DNA of 58,796 bases from an uncultured Alphaproteobacteria bacterium (GCA_945835885.1 CAMAJR010000002.1:1-58796); one strand, 5' to 3'; numbered from the stretch's first letter, positions 47,252 through 58,066 are shown. Translations and numbers: made by a program. The notes: a model not told the origin generated them from the sequence alone.

Positions 47252-47893
47252 ATGAGGAAAGCGATTCTTTCTCTCGTGTGTGTTGTTTTTGTTGCTCTGA
47301 ACGCTATGGGGCAGCAGGTTTATGGATTAACTTCGGTAGAAAAGAACGGCAAGGAATTTGTTGTTCGTGTCGGCGATTTGGTTTTGCCGGTTAATCCGTA
47401 TTTATATAAGCGGGTTAAAAAGGATATGGCATCATACGTTCTCGTCACCTACAACGGCGAGAAGGGCAGTATGATTACGGTCGCCCATCGTGCCAACGTC
47501 AGTTATGCCGTCTTGGCTGTAGATTCTGTCGGACTGGATGAGGAGAAAGACCTCGCCGAGGTCTACTTGTCCGACAAGACAGTCTATAAATCAACCAACG
47601 ACGAGTGGCTCAAAGTCCTCAAAGGGCAGCACGTCGAGCGCTGGCTGGTGGATGGAGAGACCAAGACGTTGCAGCACTTCAGAACAGTGCCTCGTGACGT
47701 CGAGTTAACAACTGCGGTGCCGTATGCCACTGTTCCCGCCAAGACCGAGGTAGCTCAGGTAACCACGGCTAAGGAGGCGGCTCAGATAACCACGGCTAAG
47801 GATGTGGCTCAGATAACCGTAACGGCTTCAGCCGATAAGGTGGTGGCACAGACCTTCAACACACAGAATCGTCCTGCATTGGTTCGCAGATAA
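47252..47893 (+). CDS. Secreted hypothetical protein with C-terminal 9-aa tandem repeats
   Basis: Signal peptide MRKAILSLVCVVFVALNAMGQQ. Codon usage is visibly richer in G/C-ending codons than in neighbouring genes. AQVTTAKEA / AQITTAKDV / AQITVTA repeats. Confidence 0.7.
   Translation: MRKAILSLVCVVFVALNAMGQQVYGLTSVEKNGKEFVVRVGDLVLPVNPYLYKRVKKDMASYVLVTYNGEKGSMITVAHRANVSYAVLAVDSVGLDEEKDLAEVYLSDKTVYKSTNDEWLKVLKGQHVERWLVDGETKTLQHFRTVPRDVELTTAVPYATVPAKTEVAQVTTAKEAAQITTAKDVAQITVTASADKVVAQTFNTQNRPALVRR
47753..47827 (+). repeat. 27-nt tandem repeat, about 2.8 copies (coding)
   Basis: gctcaggtaaccacggctaaggaggcg / gctcagataaccacggctaaggatgtg / gctcagataaccgtaacggct. Confidence 0.85.
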
Positions 47894-47920
47894 GCGTATC
47901 AAGCAATGCAGAATGAACGA

Positions 47921-47968
47921 AGCGTCCGAGTTTTCCCTTGAGAGGCAAACTCGGACGCTTTTTGTTTT
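47921..47968 (+). terminator. Strong intrinsic terminator
   Basis: Perfect 12-bp stem AGCGTCCGAGTT (47921-47932) / AACTCGGACGCT (47948-47959) followed by TTTTGTTTT. Confidence 0.8.
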
Positions 47969-48007
47969 GCTTTAATTGAGCGTTTTGTTTTAAATATTCG
48001 TGTTTAA

Positions 48008-49210
48008 TTACAGTGTTTGACACAATGTGGCGGCAAGCGTATCGAGTGCCTCGATTTGTTCGGCTTTGAGTGTCGATTTGAGCGATACGGTTGGTTCCAA
48101 AACAGTGCAATTTTTCCATTTGGCGATTTCTTCCGCCATTTGTTTGCCTGCCATAGCTGCCCAAGTGCCGTTATCCAAGAGGGCTATCGTGCGGTTTTGC
48201 AAGTTATGTGCCGTCAGTTCGCGCAACAAATTATCCATATTTACGAAAATACCGCCGTTGTAAGTCGGGGCCGCAAACACCAAAGCCGCGCAACGAAAAG
48301 CGTCGCTGATGATGTATGACGGATGTGTGACCGAAACATCATAAAGCCGAATGTTTTTCACGCCTTTTTCTGCTAATTTGGTCGCCAAAATCTCGGCGGC
48401 GTTGGCGGTATTGCCGTAAATCGAGCCGTAAGCAATCATAACCGCTTTTTCTTCCGGCTCATAGGTTGCCCATTTGGTGTATTTTTCGAGAATAAAGTTC
48501 AGATTTTGCCGCCAAATAAAGCCGTGCAACGGACAAATCATCGCAATATCGAGCGTTGCGGCTTTTTTCAGCACATTTTGCACTTGTTGCCCGTATTTGC
48601 CGACAATGTTGGTATAATAGCGGCGTGCTTCGTCCAGATATTCGCGCTCAAACGGCACTTCATCGGCAAAAATGTTGCCGTTTAGTGCGCCGAATGTGCC
48701 GAAAGCATCGGCCGAAAACAAAATTTTGGCGGTTGCGTCATAAGTCATCATAACTTCCGGCCAATGCACCATCGGGGCGGCAACAAATTGCAACGTATGT
48801 TTGCCGGTGCAAAGCGAATCGCCTTCTTTTATCAGCAGATATTTTTCCGCCGGCAAATTAAGTTCAAAAAATTGCTCAATCATTTTTTTTGTTTGGGCGT
48901 TGCAAACAACGGTAGTTTCCGGATGTTGCTGCAAAAGCGCCGCCAATTCGGAACAATGGTCCGGCTCCATGTGATGAATCACAATATAATCAAGCGCGCG
49001 TCCGTTTAACGCAAATCGCAGATTTTCAAAAAACTGATGGCGAACCGCCGAATCGACCGTGTCAAACAGAACGGTTTTGTCGTCAAGCAACAAATATGAA
49101 TTATAAGAAATGCCGTTCGGAATAGGATAAACGTTTTCAAACAAAGCCAAACGGCGGTCATTGGCGCCGAGCCAAATTAAATCTTGAGTCACATTACGCG
49201 TGTTGTGCAT
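48008..49210 (-). CDS. Flavodiiron protein (FprA / rubredoxin:oxygen oxidoreductase type A)
   Basis: 400 aa. Metallo-beta-lactamase-like domain with diiron ligand motif HHMEPDHCSE and a C-terminal flavodoxin domain (MIAYGSIYGNT). AAGGAG SD. Confidence 0.88.
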   Translation of the reverse strand: MHNTRNVTQDLIWLGANDRRLALFENVYPIPNGISYNSYLLLDDKTVLFDTVDSAVRHQFFENLRFALNGRALDYIVIHHMEPDHCSELAALLQQHPETTVVCNAQTKKMIEQFFELNLPAEKYLLIKEGDSLCTGKHTLQFVAAPMVHWPEVMMTYDATAKILFSADAFGTFGALNGNIFADEVPFEREYLDEARRYYTNIVGKYGQQVQNVLKKAATLDIAMICPLHGFIWRQNLNFILEKYTKWATYEPEEKAVMIAYGSIYGNTANAAEILATKLAEKGVKNIRLYDVSVTHPSYIISDAFRCAALVFAAPTYNGGIFVNMDNLLRELTAHNLQNRTIALLDNGTWAAMAGKQMAEEIAKWKNCTVLEPTVSLKSTLKAEQIEALDTLAATLCQTL

Positions 49211-49330
49211 TTTTATTCTCCTTTAATGATGTTGCCGTAAATATAGCGACGATTACGATAAAAGTAAATGCTTAATTTTATTGACGCGGAAAACTCTTGC
49301 GCTATAATCACCGCAACAAAAGAGGAAAAA

Positions 49331-50071
49331 ATGCGTTACAAAATTACGGTGGAATATGACGGCACAAACTTGGTCGGATGGCAAAAGCAAAAAGACGGCG
49401 CGAGCGTTCAGGAATTTTTAGAGCGCGCGGTGGAGGGGTTTTCGCATCAAACAACCGAGGTGTTCGCCGCCGGCAGAACCGATGCCGGTGTGCATGCGTT
49501 GGCGCAAGTGGCACATTTTGATATAGATTTGGACTTGAGCGAATACAAAATGCAAGAGAGTTTAAACGCACTGTTGCGTGCGTTGCAAGCACCGGTTTGC
49601 GTGATTAAAACAGAAAAAGTCGGAGATGATTTTCACGCGCGTTTTTCAGCCAAAGGGCGCGGTTATGTTTATCGGATTTTAAATCGACGCGGCAATAGTC
49701 CGCTGCTTGTTAATCGCGTGTGGCACGTTACTTATCCTTTAGATGTTGAAAAAATGCGGCAGGGAGCGCAATATTTGCTCGGGCACCACGATTTCAGCTC
49801 GTTTCGCGGTTCGGGGTGTCAGGCAAAATCGCCGCTCAAAACATTGGATAAGTTGGATATTGAGCGAATCGGCGATGAAATCGTGTTCACGGTCGAGGCG
49901 CGTTCGTTTATTTATCATCAGGTGCGTAATATGGTCGGAACCTTGATGCAGGTCGGTTGCGGCAAGTTGAAGCCGGAAGATATTAAGCGCATTTTAGAAG
50001 CGTGCGACCGCACCAAAGCCGGCATCAGTGCGCCGGCGTGCGGTTTGTATTTGAGCAAAGTAATGTATTAA
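49331..50071 (+). CDS. truA: tRNA pseudouridine(38-40) synthase
   Basis: 246 aa with MRYKITVEYDGT...GWQKQ, AGRTDAGVHA (catalytic Asp) and FIYHQVRNMVG motifs. Confidence 0.95.
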   Translation: MRYKITVEYDGTNLVGWQKQKDGASVQEFLERAVEGFSHQTTEVFAAGRTDAGVHALAQVAHFDIDLDLSEYKMQESLNALLRALQAPVCVIKTEKVGDDFHARFSAKGRGYVYRILNRRGNSPLLVNRVWHVTYPLDVEKMRQGAQYLLGHHDFSSFRGSGCQAKSPLKTLDKLDIERIGDEIVFTVEARSFIYHQVRNMVGTLMQVGCGKLKPEDIKRILEACDRTKAGISAPACGLYLSKVMY

Positions 50072-50072
50072 A

Positions 50073-50306
50073 TCAATGCATTGACTTTTTGAGTGCCTTT
50101 TTTTGCTCTTTGAAAGTTTTTTTCGTGTCTTTAATACATTGTTTGGTGGTCATTTGCTCGTTTTTCAGGCATTCTTGTAAGTGTGTGCGCATTTGTGCGT
50201 CAAGTTGCTTATATTCCGGTGTGTTTTGATAATGCGAATCGCCGGCAAACGCATTGCCGCATACGGCAAAAAAACAAATGACGGCGGCCGTTAAAATTTT
50301 TTTCAT
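50073..50306 (-). CDS. Small secreted protein (77 aa)
   Basis: AAGGAG SD. Signal peptide MKKILTAAVICFFAVCGNAFA followed by a Lys/Gln-rich helical mature part. Confidence 0.6.
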   Translation of the reverse strand: MKKILTAAVICFFAVCGNAFAGDSHYQNTPEYKQLDAQMRTHLQECLKNEQMTTKQCIKDTKKTFKEQKKALKKSMH

Positions 50307-50403
50307 TTCATACTCCTTTTTTTATGTTGTGACCAAGCCCGATATAAGTATTGAAAACCGGTCGGCAATATGCTAATAAGGTTTATAAATGAGGAGAAAA
50401 CAA

Positions 50404-50826
50404 ATGAATACTGCTGAAAAATTATCTGAACCGAAATCAAAACGCGATGTTGCCGCCGGTTTAATTATGTGTGACGGCTTGCTCTTAATCGGACAACGCA
50501 AACACGGTAAGAGTTTGGAATATAAATGGGAATTTCCGGGCGGAAAATTGGAGCAGGGCGAAACGCTTGAAGAATGCCTTAAACGCGAAATGATGGAAGA
50601 AATGCAGCTTGAAATCGAGGTTGGCAAGCATTTTGCGGACTCAAGTTATGACTATGATTTCGGCACGATTGTTTTGCACGCTTATTGGGCAAGTTGCAAA
50701 AGCCGCGATGTGCCGGTGGTGTTGGAACACGAACAATACAAATGGATAAAGCTGCAGGATTTGCCGCAATATGATTTTGCGCCGGCGGATAAGCCGATTA
50801 TCGAGGCGATTTTGGCACAGCTTTAA
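50404..50826 (+). CDS. mutT: NUDIX hydrolase, MutT-like (8-oxo-dGTP diphosphatase type)
   Basis: Nudix box GGKLEQGETLEECLKREMMEEMQLEI preceded by WEFPGG. GAGGAG SD. Confidence 0.85.
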   Translation: MNTAEKLSEPKSKRDVAAGLIMCDGLLLIGQRKHGKSLEYKWEFPGGKLEQGETLEECLKREMMEEMQLEIEVGKHFADSSYDYDFGTIVLHAYWASCKSRDVPVVLEHEQYKWIKLQDLPQYDFAPADKPIIEAILAQL

Positions 50827-50908
50827 GGGGTGTGAATTTTCTTTTTTTTAAGATAAAGTTAACTGAAAACATATATTCTTTTGGTTAAGAGTGGAAATGA
50901 GTGTTTAA

Positions 50909-52360
<1,452 letters not shown>

Positions 52361-52363
52361 GCT

Positions 52364-52768
52364 ATGAAACTGACCGTGTTCACGCCGCTCGGGACGGCAC
52401 TCAACAGCAAAATCAAAAAGGTAACAATCGAAACCTTGAACGGTTATTATACGTTGTTGCCGAAACACGTTGATTTTGCAGCGGCTATGCGGGCTAATAT
52501 TGTGGTATATACCGATGACAACGACGTTGAAAAATATGTGGCGTGCCATCACGGAATTGTGGTTAAAAAGGGCGAACTCGTGACCATAACGGTGCAAGAT
52601 GCCGTTACGGGAGAAACACTTGATGAATTAAGCGAAGTTATTAACCGCGATTTTAAGCAGAATGACGAAAAACGCAAAGAATTAAACAGCGCAATGGCTC
52701 GGCTCGAACTCGGGATAATGCGTGGATTCGGCCGATTAAACAAAGGGGACAACGATGGTGGAATTTGA
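52364..52768 (+). CDS. atpC: N-type ATPase epsilon subunit
   Basis: 134 aa with beta-sandwich N-terminus (V.TP.G.........V......G...(I/L)LP.H). Position directly after beta. Confidence 0.85.
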   Translation: MKLTVFTPLGTALNSKIKKVTIETLNGYYTLLPKHVDFAAAMRANIVVYTDDNDVEKYVACHHGIVVKKGELVTITVQDAVTGETLDELSEVINRDFKQNDEKRKELNSAMARLELGIMRGFGRLNKGDNDGGI

Positions 52769-53093
52769 AGAAGTTCAGGATTCTCAGGTGCGCGATGAGC
52801 TTATTCGCAAAGCAAAATTGATAAAACGTCGTCCTTATCGTCGGTGGCATACGCACTTTGGTATGATTGCTGCACTCGGCGGGGTTATCATTGCGCCGAT
52901 TTTGCTCGGACTTTGGCTTGGCGGCTATCTTGACGAAATATTACCGCAACGCTTTTCGTGGCGGTTGTCGTTGTTGTTTGTCGGCTTTGTGTGGGGAGCA
53001 TTTAATGCGTATATGTGGGTGAGTATCGAAAATCAAAAAAATGAACAACTTGAAGCAAAATCGAACGTTATCAAACAAGGAGAAGAAAAATGA
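52755..53093 (+). CDS. atpQ: AtpQ (ATPase_gene1 / AtpI-like small membrane protein of N-ATPase operons)
   Basis: 112 aa, two TM helices (GGVIIAPILLGLWLGGYLD; LLFVGFVWGAFNAYMWV). Position between atpC and atpR. AAGGGGA SD. Overlaps the atpC end. Confidence 0.75.
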   Translation: MVEFEEVQDSQVRDELIRKAKLIKRRPYRRWHTHFGMIAALGGVIIAPILLGLWLGGYLDEILPQRFSWRLSLLFVGFVWGAFNAYMWVSIENQKNEQLEAKSNVIKQGEEK

Positions 53094-53458
53094 GTAACGG
53101 GTCGTTGGAACTGATGTGGCAACAAGCGGAAAATTGGCGTTTGGTCGCGGCTGTGTTGTGCGGTGTGATTGTCGGCGCGATTTATTTTTATTGTTTGCGT
53201 TGGACTGTCAACAAAATGAGTGAGACCAGTCATAAGTTTCGTTTGTTCGGATTGACGGCTCTGTTCAGAATTGCACTGTTTTTCGGTGTTTTAGTGCTTG
53301 TCGGGCATCGTAATGTTGCCGTCATTTTGCTTTATGTCGTGGCGTTTTTCTTTACTAAAGCGGCGATTATTTGGAAAGAAAAAGGCAAATTTAGCAAAGA
53401 TGAACCGCAATCGAAAGATACGCCAAAAACAGAGGAGAACGCAACAGATGAACTTTAA
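53090..53458 (+). CDS. atpR: AtpR (N-ATPase-specific membrane subunit)
   Basis: 122 aa, three TM helices with intramembrane Arg (GAIYFYCLRWTV; FRIALFF). ATGA overlap with atpQ. Precedes the a subunit as in N-ATPase operons. Confidence 0.75.
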   Translation: MSNGSLELMWQQAENWRLVAAVLCGVIVGAIYFYCLRWTVNKMSETSHKFRLFGLTALFRIALFFGVLVLVGHRNVAVILLYVVAFFFTKAAIIWKEKGKFSKDEPQSKDTPKTEENATDEL

Positions 53459-54188
53459 GGCGGATTTTTCGCATTGGCTGGATTTACCGTGGCAGGATAA
53501 AGGTATCGGACTCGAAAGTTTTGATGCGATTAAGTTGCTTGATTTCGGCAGTTTCGGGATAAACGTCACGATTTTTAATTCGTGGATTGTGATTGCGCTG
53601 ATTACGCTTGTTTCTTGGCTTGCCACACGACGTATCAGCTATGGAAAAGAAGTGTCTAAAATTCAAACGGTATTGGAAATTTTGGTGCTGTGGATGCAAA
53701 AAGAATCGAAAGAAACCAGTGGGTCAAATGCAAACGGTTATTTCCAGATGGCACTTGGGCTGTTCTGTTTTATTTTTACGGCAAATTTGCTGACCTTCAT
53801 TCCGTGGTTTCGTCCGCCGACGGCATCTTTAAGCACGACAATGGCGCTTGCTCTGACGGTGTTTATCGCCATTCCGTATTTTTCGATTAAAAACGCCGGC
53901 ATTAAAGGGTATTTGAAAAAATTTATCGAACCGGCGCCGCTGCTGCTGCCGATGAATATTTTCAGCGAGGTATTTTCGGTATTTGCGATGGGATTGCGTT
54001 TGTTCGGCAATATGCTGAGCGGCGTGATGTTTGGCGGTATTTTGAGTGCGTTTATTCCGTTTGTGGCACCGCTGACAATGCAGACATTGGGACTTTTGAC
54101 CGGTTCGATTCAAGCATATATTTTTGCGCTTTTGGCGCTTGTTTATACTTCAAGCGTGAAGGCGGAAAATGATGAAAATTTAACATAA
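53448..54188 (+). CDS. atpB: N-type ATPase subunit a
   Basis: 246 aa counted from the ATG behind an AGAGGAGAA SD (the table ORF start at 53298 lies inside atpR). Essential-Arg motif GLRLFGNMLSG. Confidence 0.92.
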   Translation: MNFKADFSHWLDLPWQDKGIGLESFDAIKLLDFGSFGINVTIFNSWIVIALITLVSWLATRRISYGKEVSKIQTVLEILVLWMQKESKETSGSNANGYFQMALGLFCFIFTANLLTFIPWFRPPTASLSTTMALALTVFIAIPYFSIKNAGIKGYLKKFIEPAPLLLPMNIFSEVFSVFAMGLRLFGNMLSGVMFGGILSAFIPFVAPLTMQTLGLLTGSIQAYIFALLALVYTSSVKAENDENLT

Positions 54189-54208
54189 TTTAAAAAAGGA
54201 GAAAAATA

Positions 54209-54478
54209 ATGGATTCATACGCAATTATAGGAGCTGTTTCGATTTTTGGTGCGTGCATTTGTATGGGTATCGGCAGTTTGGGCTCGGCACTCGGAGAAGG
54301 TAATGCGGCTGCGGCAGCGCTGACTGCAATGGCTCAACAGCCGGATGAAGCGGGACGCATTCGTTCAACGATGTTTGTGACGCTTGCTATGATTGAAACA
54401 ACGGCTTTATACGCCTTACTTATTGCTTTTTTGGCACTTTATGCGAATCCGTTTTGGAATTATGCCATTAATCAATAA
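54209..54478 (+). CDS. atpE: N-type ATPase subunit c (Na+-site signature)
   Basis: 89-aa hairpin with AQQPD loop and ion-site residues E (helix 1, GEGNAA) plus ETT..Y (helix 2, AMIETTALY). Confidence 0.93.
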   Translation: MDSYAIIGAVSIFGACICMGIGSLGSALGEGNAAAAALTAMAQQPDEAGRIRSTMFVTLAMIETTALYALLIAFLALYANPFWNYAINQ

Positions 54479-54497
54479 TTCCGATAAGTGAGGGACG

Positions 54498-55277
54498 ATG
54501 CAAATTGATTTATGGACATTAATCGCGCAAATTTTGAATTTGCTGATTTTGTTATTTTTGCTGCGCAAGTTTTTGTATTTGCCGGTGTTAAAAGCTGTCG
54601 AAGCTCGGCAAAAGCTGATTGTCGATGAAATCAATAATGCCGAAAATGTGCGCAAAAAAGCCGAGGAGGCCGAAAAAAAGAGTTTGGCGCAGGCAAATAA
54701 GTTAGAAGCGGAAAAACAATCCGTTTTGGAAAAGGCGCGTGATGATGCGGCAATTTTGGCTGCCGAATTAAAAGCGCAAGCGGAAGATGAATATCGGCAA
54801 AAACGTCAGCAATACAGTGATAGAATTGTTGCCGAACAACAAAGTTTTGACTTAGCTATGCAAAAAGCCGCGGCGGAATATTGGACACAGTTTGCACGCA
54901 AGGCGTTGGCACAAATTGCCGATGCGGATTTAAATGCGGCAGCAGTTTCTCAACTGATGCGCAAAATCGAAGAATTGTCGGCAAAGGAACAAAAAACTTT
55001 TGCAGAGGCATTTATGGTTAAACAGCACATAGATATTCAGACGGCATTTCCGCTTGATGACAAATTAAAAACGCAACTTGAAGAATTTTTGCGTCAAAAA
55101 TGGAAACTTTCGAAAACAACCGGCTTTGCTTATGAAGAAAAAGCTGATTTGATTTGCGGGGTGCAAATTGTTGCCGATGAACAATTGGTGGCGTGGAATT
55201 TTAACGGATATATGCAGGAATTTCGGCAAAATATGCATAAATCGGTGGCGCAACTGTTAAACAGGGGTGAAAAATAA
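54498..55277 (+). CDS. atpF: N-type ATPase subunit b, long form with delta/OSCP-like C-terminus
   Basis: 259 aa with an N-terminal TM and a long coiled coil typical of b. The extra ~100 C-terminal aa end in ADLICGVQIVADEQLVAWNFNGYM, reminiscent of the delta C-domain. The operon has no separate atpH. Confidence 0.85.
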   Translation: MQIDLWTLIAQILNLLILLFLLRKFLYLPVLKAVEARQKLIVDEINNAENVRKKAEEAEKKSLAQANKLEAEKQSVLEKARDDAAILAAELKAQAEDEYRQKRQQYSDRIVAEQQSFDLAMQKAAAEYWTQFARKALAQIADADLNAAAVSQLMRKIEELSAKEQKTFAEAFMVKQHIDIQTAFPLDDKLKTQLEEFLRQKWKLSKTTGFAYEEKADLICGVQIVADEQLVAWNFNGYMQEFRQNMHKSVAQLLNRGEK

Positions 55278-56776
55278 TGAAAGCAGAACGGACTTTTGAG
55301 GCGGTGGCTCAAACTATTGATGATACAAAAATGCAACTCAAAAAAGAAGAAGTAAGCATTGTGCAGTCAATTTCTGCCGGAACGGCGATTGTCAGCGGTT
55401 TGGAAAATGTCGAAATGGACGAATTGTTACAGTTTGAGCATAATGTGCAAGGTATGGTGCAAACGCTGAATCGCAATTCGGTCGGGGTGGTGTTTTTGGA
55501 TAATCCCGACAAAATTAAAGCAGGCGACCGCGTGATGCGCACCGGGCGTGTGCTTGATGTGCCGGTCAGTGAGAATTTGTTTGGGCGCGTGATTAACCCG
55601 CTCGGCGAGGTGCTTGACGGTAAAGGGGCTTATGCTTATAACGAGCGGCGGCCGGTAGAAGTTGAAGCCGTGCCTATTATGGACCGTGCACCGGTGGACA
55701 CGCCGTTGCAAACGGGAATTAAGGCCGTTGATGCGTTTACGCCGATTGGACGCGGACAACGTGAATTGATTTTGGGTGACCGGCAAACCGGAAAAACCGC
55801 AATCGCGCTTGATACCATCATCAATCAAAAAGGCACCGATGTTGTGTGTATTTATTGTGCTGTCGGCCAGCGTAATTCGGCTGTTGCCAATGTCATTGAT
55901 GCTTTGAAAAAATACGGTGTTGCCGAACAAACTATTGTGGTGTCGGCATCGGCTGACGATGAAGCCGGTATGCAATTTGTTGCGCCGTATGCGGCAACTT
56001 CTATCGGTGAATATTTTATGGAACGCGGGCGTGATGTGCTTGTGGTGTATGATGATTTAACAAATCACGCACGGGCATATCGTCAGATGTCACTGCTTCT
56101 CAGACGTCCGCCGGGGCGAGAGGCCTTTCCGGGTGATATTTTTTATATTCACTCGCGGTTGTTGGAACGTGCAACAAAATTAAGTGCCGAAAAAGGTGGC
56201 GGCTCGTTGACCGCATTACCGATTGTATGCACCGAAGCCGGCAATATTTCGGCTTATATTCCGACCAACATTATTTCAATTACCGACGGACAGATTTATC
56301 TTTCCGCACCGATGTTTCAAAAAGGTTTAATGCCGGCTATTGATACCGGTAAGTCGGTATCTCGTGTCGGCGGAGATGCCCAGTTGCCGGCTTATAAATC
56401 GGTAGTCGGACCGCTGAAATTGTTTTATGCACAATTTGAAGAGTTGGAATCGTTCACAAAGTTCGGAACGCAGCTTGATAAGGAAACTCAACAGCGAATC
56501 GTGCGCGGACAGGCAGTGCGGCAAATTTTGCAACAAAGACAATTCAATTTGTTGTCAGCAACCGAACAAATTGCCGTTTTTGCGGCTACAAATGCAGGAT
56601 TGTTTGACGGTATGGACACAATGCAAATAATTGATGCGCAAAAAACAGTGCTTAAAATCTTTCATACACAATTCGGCGAATTGGAAAAGGCCGTGCTTGA
56701 CCGGCGTAAACTGACCGATGAGGAATTATCACAAATGACAAAGGCGTTTGCTGCCGTGTTAAAGAGCGGAGAATGA
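55277..56776 (+). CDS. atpA: N-type ATPase alpha subunit
   Basis: 499 aa with Walker A GDRQTGKT, VYDDL and ITDGQI(Y/F)L motifs. Confidence 0.95.
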   Translation: MKAERTFEAVAQTIDDTKMQLKKEEVSIVQSISAGTAIVSGLENVEMDELLQFEHNVQGMVQTLNRNSVGVVFLDNPDKIKAGDRVMRTGRVLDVPVSENLFGRVINPLGEVLDGKGAYAYNERRPVEVEAVPIMDRAPVDTPLQTGIKAVDAFTPIGRGQRELILGDRQTGKTAIALDTIINQKGTDVVCIYCAVGQRNSAVANVIDALKKYGVAEQTIVVSASADDEAGMQFVAPYAATSIGEYFMERGRDVLVVYDDLTNHARAYRQMSLLLRRPPGREAFPGDIFYIHSRLLERATKLSAEKGGGSLTALPIVCTEAGNISAYIPTNIISITDGQIYLSAPMFQKGLMPAIDTGKSVSRVGGDAQLPAYKSVVGPLKLFYAQFEELESFTKFGTQLDKETQQRIVRGQAVRQILQQRQFNLLSATEQIAVFAATNAGLFDGMDTMQIIDAQKTVLKIFHTQFGELEKAVLDRRKLTDEELSQMTKAFAAVLKSGE

Positions 56777-56777
56777 T

Positions 56778-57665
56778 ATGCCGATTGAAGCTTTGCAACG
56801 CAAAATCAAAACGACGAAGGACTTGCGTGAGATTGTCAACAATATGAAGACATTGTCGTCGGTCAGTATTTTGCAGTATGAACAGGCAAATTCCGTGCTT
56901 GATAAATATCAGCGTAATCTGCATGACGCGTTTCATGCGTTAGCGCTTCATAACGGCATACCGAACTTATCGGTGAAGCCGACAGTGCATCAGCGCTCTT
57001 TGTTCATATTGATCGGTTCGGATAATGGTATGGTCGGGCGGTTCAATCGCGAGCTTATCGAAGTAGTGAAAAATTATATGAAAGAACACCGTATTTTGCT
57101 CGCGGATACGATGTTTATAACTGTCGGCAAACGTTTGTCACAGTTGGCAGAACAGGCCGGATTTAAGATTTTGGCCGGATTTGCGACTTCTAACTCGGTT
57201 AAAACGGTAACATCTTTGGCCGGAAAGGCCATTGTGCGTATGGAATCCGCTCTGCGCCAAAAACACATTTCCGATGTTTTTGTATGCTTCCATCAGCGCG
57301 CTAACGCAACGGCGGTGGAAACGCAAATTAAGAGGATGTTGCCGATTGATGTCGCGGCCTTGCAAAAATTGCGTTACAAAAAGTGGGAAACCAACAATTT
57401 TCCGATGTTGGCAACGCCGCCGGATAAAATGTTTGCGGCATTACTCAGCGAAATGATGATGATTACGCTTTCTAAGCAAATAAATGCATCATTGGCGGCA
57501 GAACATTGGACCAGAATGACAAATATGCAAAATGCCGAAAAAAATATTGATGAAAATCTCGAAGAAATGAATTTGGAATATCAGCAACAACGCCAAGAAG
57601 AAATTACCGGCGAACTGATAGATGTGATTTCAGGCGCCAATGCCCTAAAAAAAGACGAAAACTAA
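56778..57665 (+). CDS. atpG: N-type ATPase gamma subunit
   Basis: 295 aa. N-terminal helix (L.RKIKTTKDL.EIV..MK.(L/V)S) and C-terminal helix (RQ..IT.EL.(D/E)(V/I)(I/V)SGA.AL) are typical of gamma. Confidence 0.9.
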   Translation: MPIEALQRKIKTTKDLREIVNNMKTLSSVSILQYEQANSVLDKYQRNLHDAFHALALHNGIPNLSVKPTVHQRSLFILIGSDNGMVGRFNRELIEVVKNYMKEHRILLADTMFITVGKRLSQLAEQAGFKILAGFATSNSVKTVTSLAGKAIVRMESALRQKHISDVFVCFHQRANATAVETQIKRMLPIDVAALQKLRYKKWETNNFPMLATPPDKMFAALLSEMMMITLSKQINASLAAEHWTRMTNMQNAEKNIDENLEEMNLEYQQQRQEEITGELIDVISGANALKKDEN

Positions 57666-57703
57666 TGCTTTCGCCTTTTTAATAAAAAATTTTTTAGAGT
57701 TGA

Positions 57704-57928
57704 TTATCTGTCAATACCTTTATCGCCTTTATTTGTTGTGGCCTCAATTTGTTGCCGTGTGCTGAACTTTATGACTGCGTCAGGTGTTTTTGGTGCTTTT
57801 TCTCTGTCCGGATTTTTAGGTGCGGACAGTTTGTCAACGAACGTATCAAAACTGTTTTTAATTTTTGAGGCAATTCTTTCTTTTACGGAAGGAGTATTTT
57901 CTTGCGGTTTAATATCAGTTGTATTCAT
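57704..57928 (-). CDS. Small hydrophilic hypothetical protein (74 aa)
   Basis: AAGGAG SD at correct spacing. Lys/Pro-rich with no TM helices. No motif recognised. Confidence 0.5.
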   Translation of the reverse strand: MNTTDIKPQENTPSVKERIASKIKNSFDTFVDKLSAPKNPDREKAPKTPDAVIKFSTRQQIEATTNKGDKGIDR

Positions 57929-58030
57929 AATTTTATCTCCTTTGGTTCATTTTCTATCGCTACATCACAAAAAAAAGAAGATTTTAATTTTTTTTGTCAA
58001 CTATTTTTAATGTTTATGCTCTGTTATAAG

Positions 58031-58066
58031 TAAAAGAAAAGAGAGGGCTTTCGGGTCCCTCCCAAA
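58031..58066 (-). terminator. Possible terminator of the lipoprotein gene
   Basis: Minus strand: GGAGGG-acccgaaag-CCCTCT followed by a T-rich run (CTTTTCTTTT). Confidence 0.4.
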
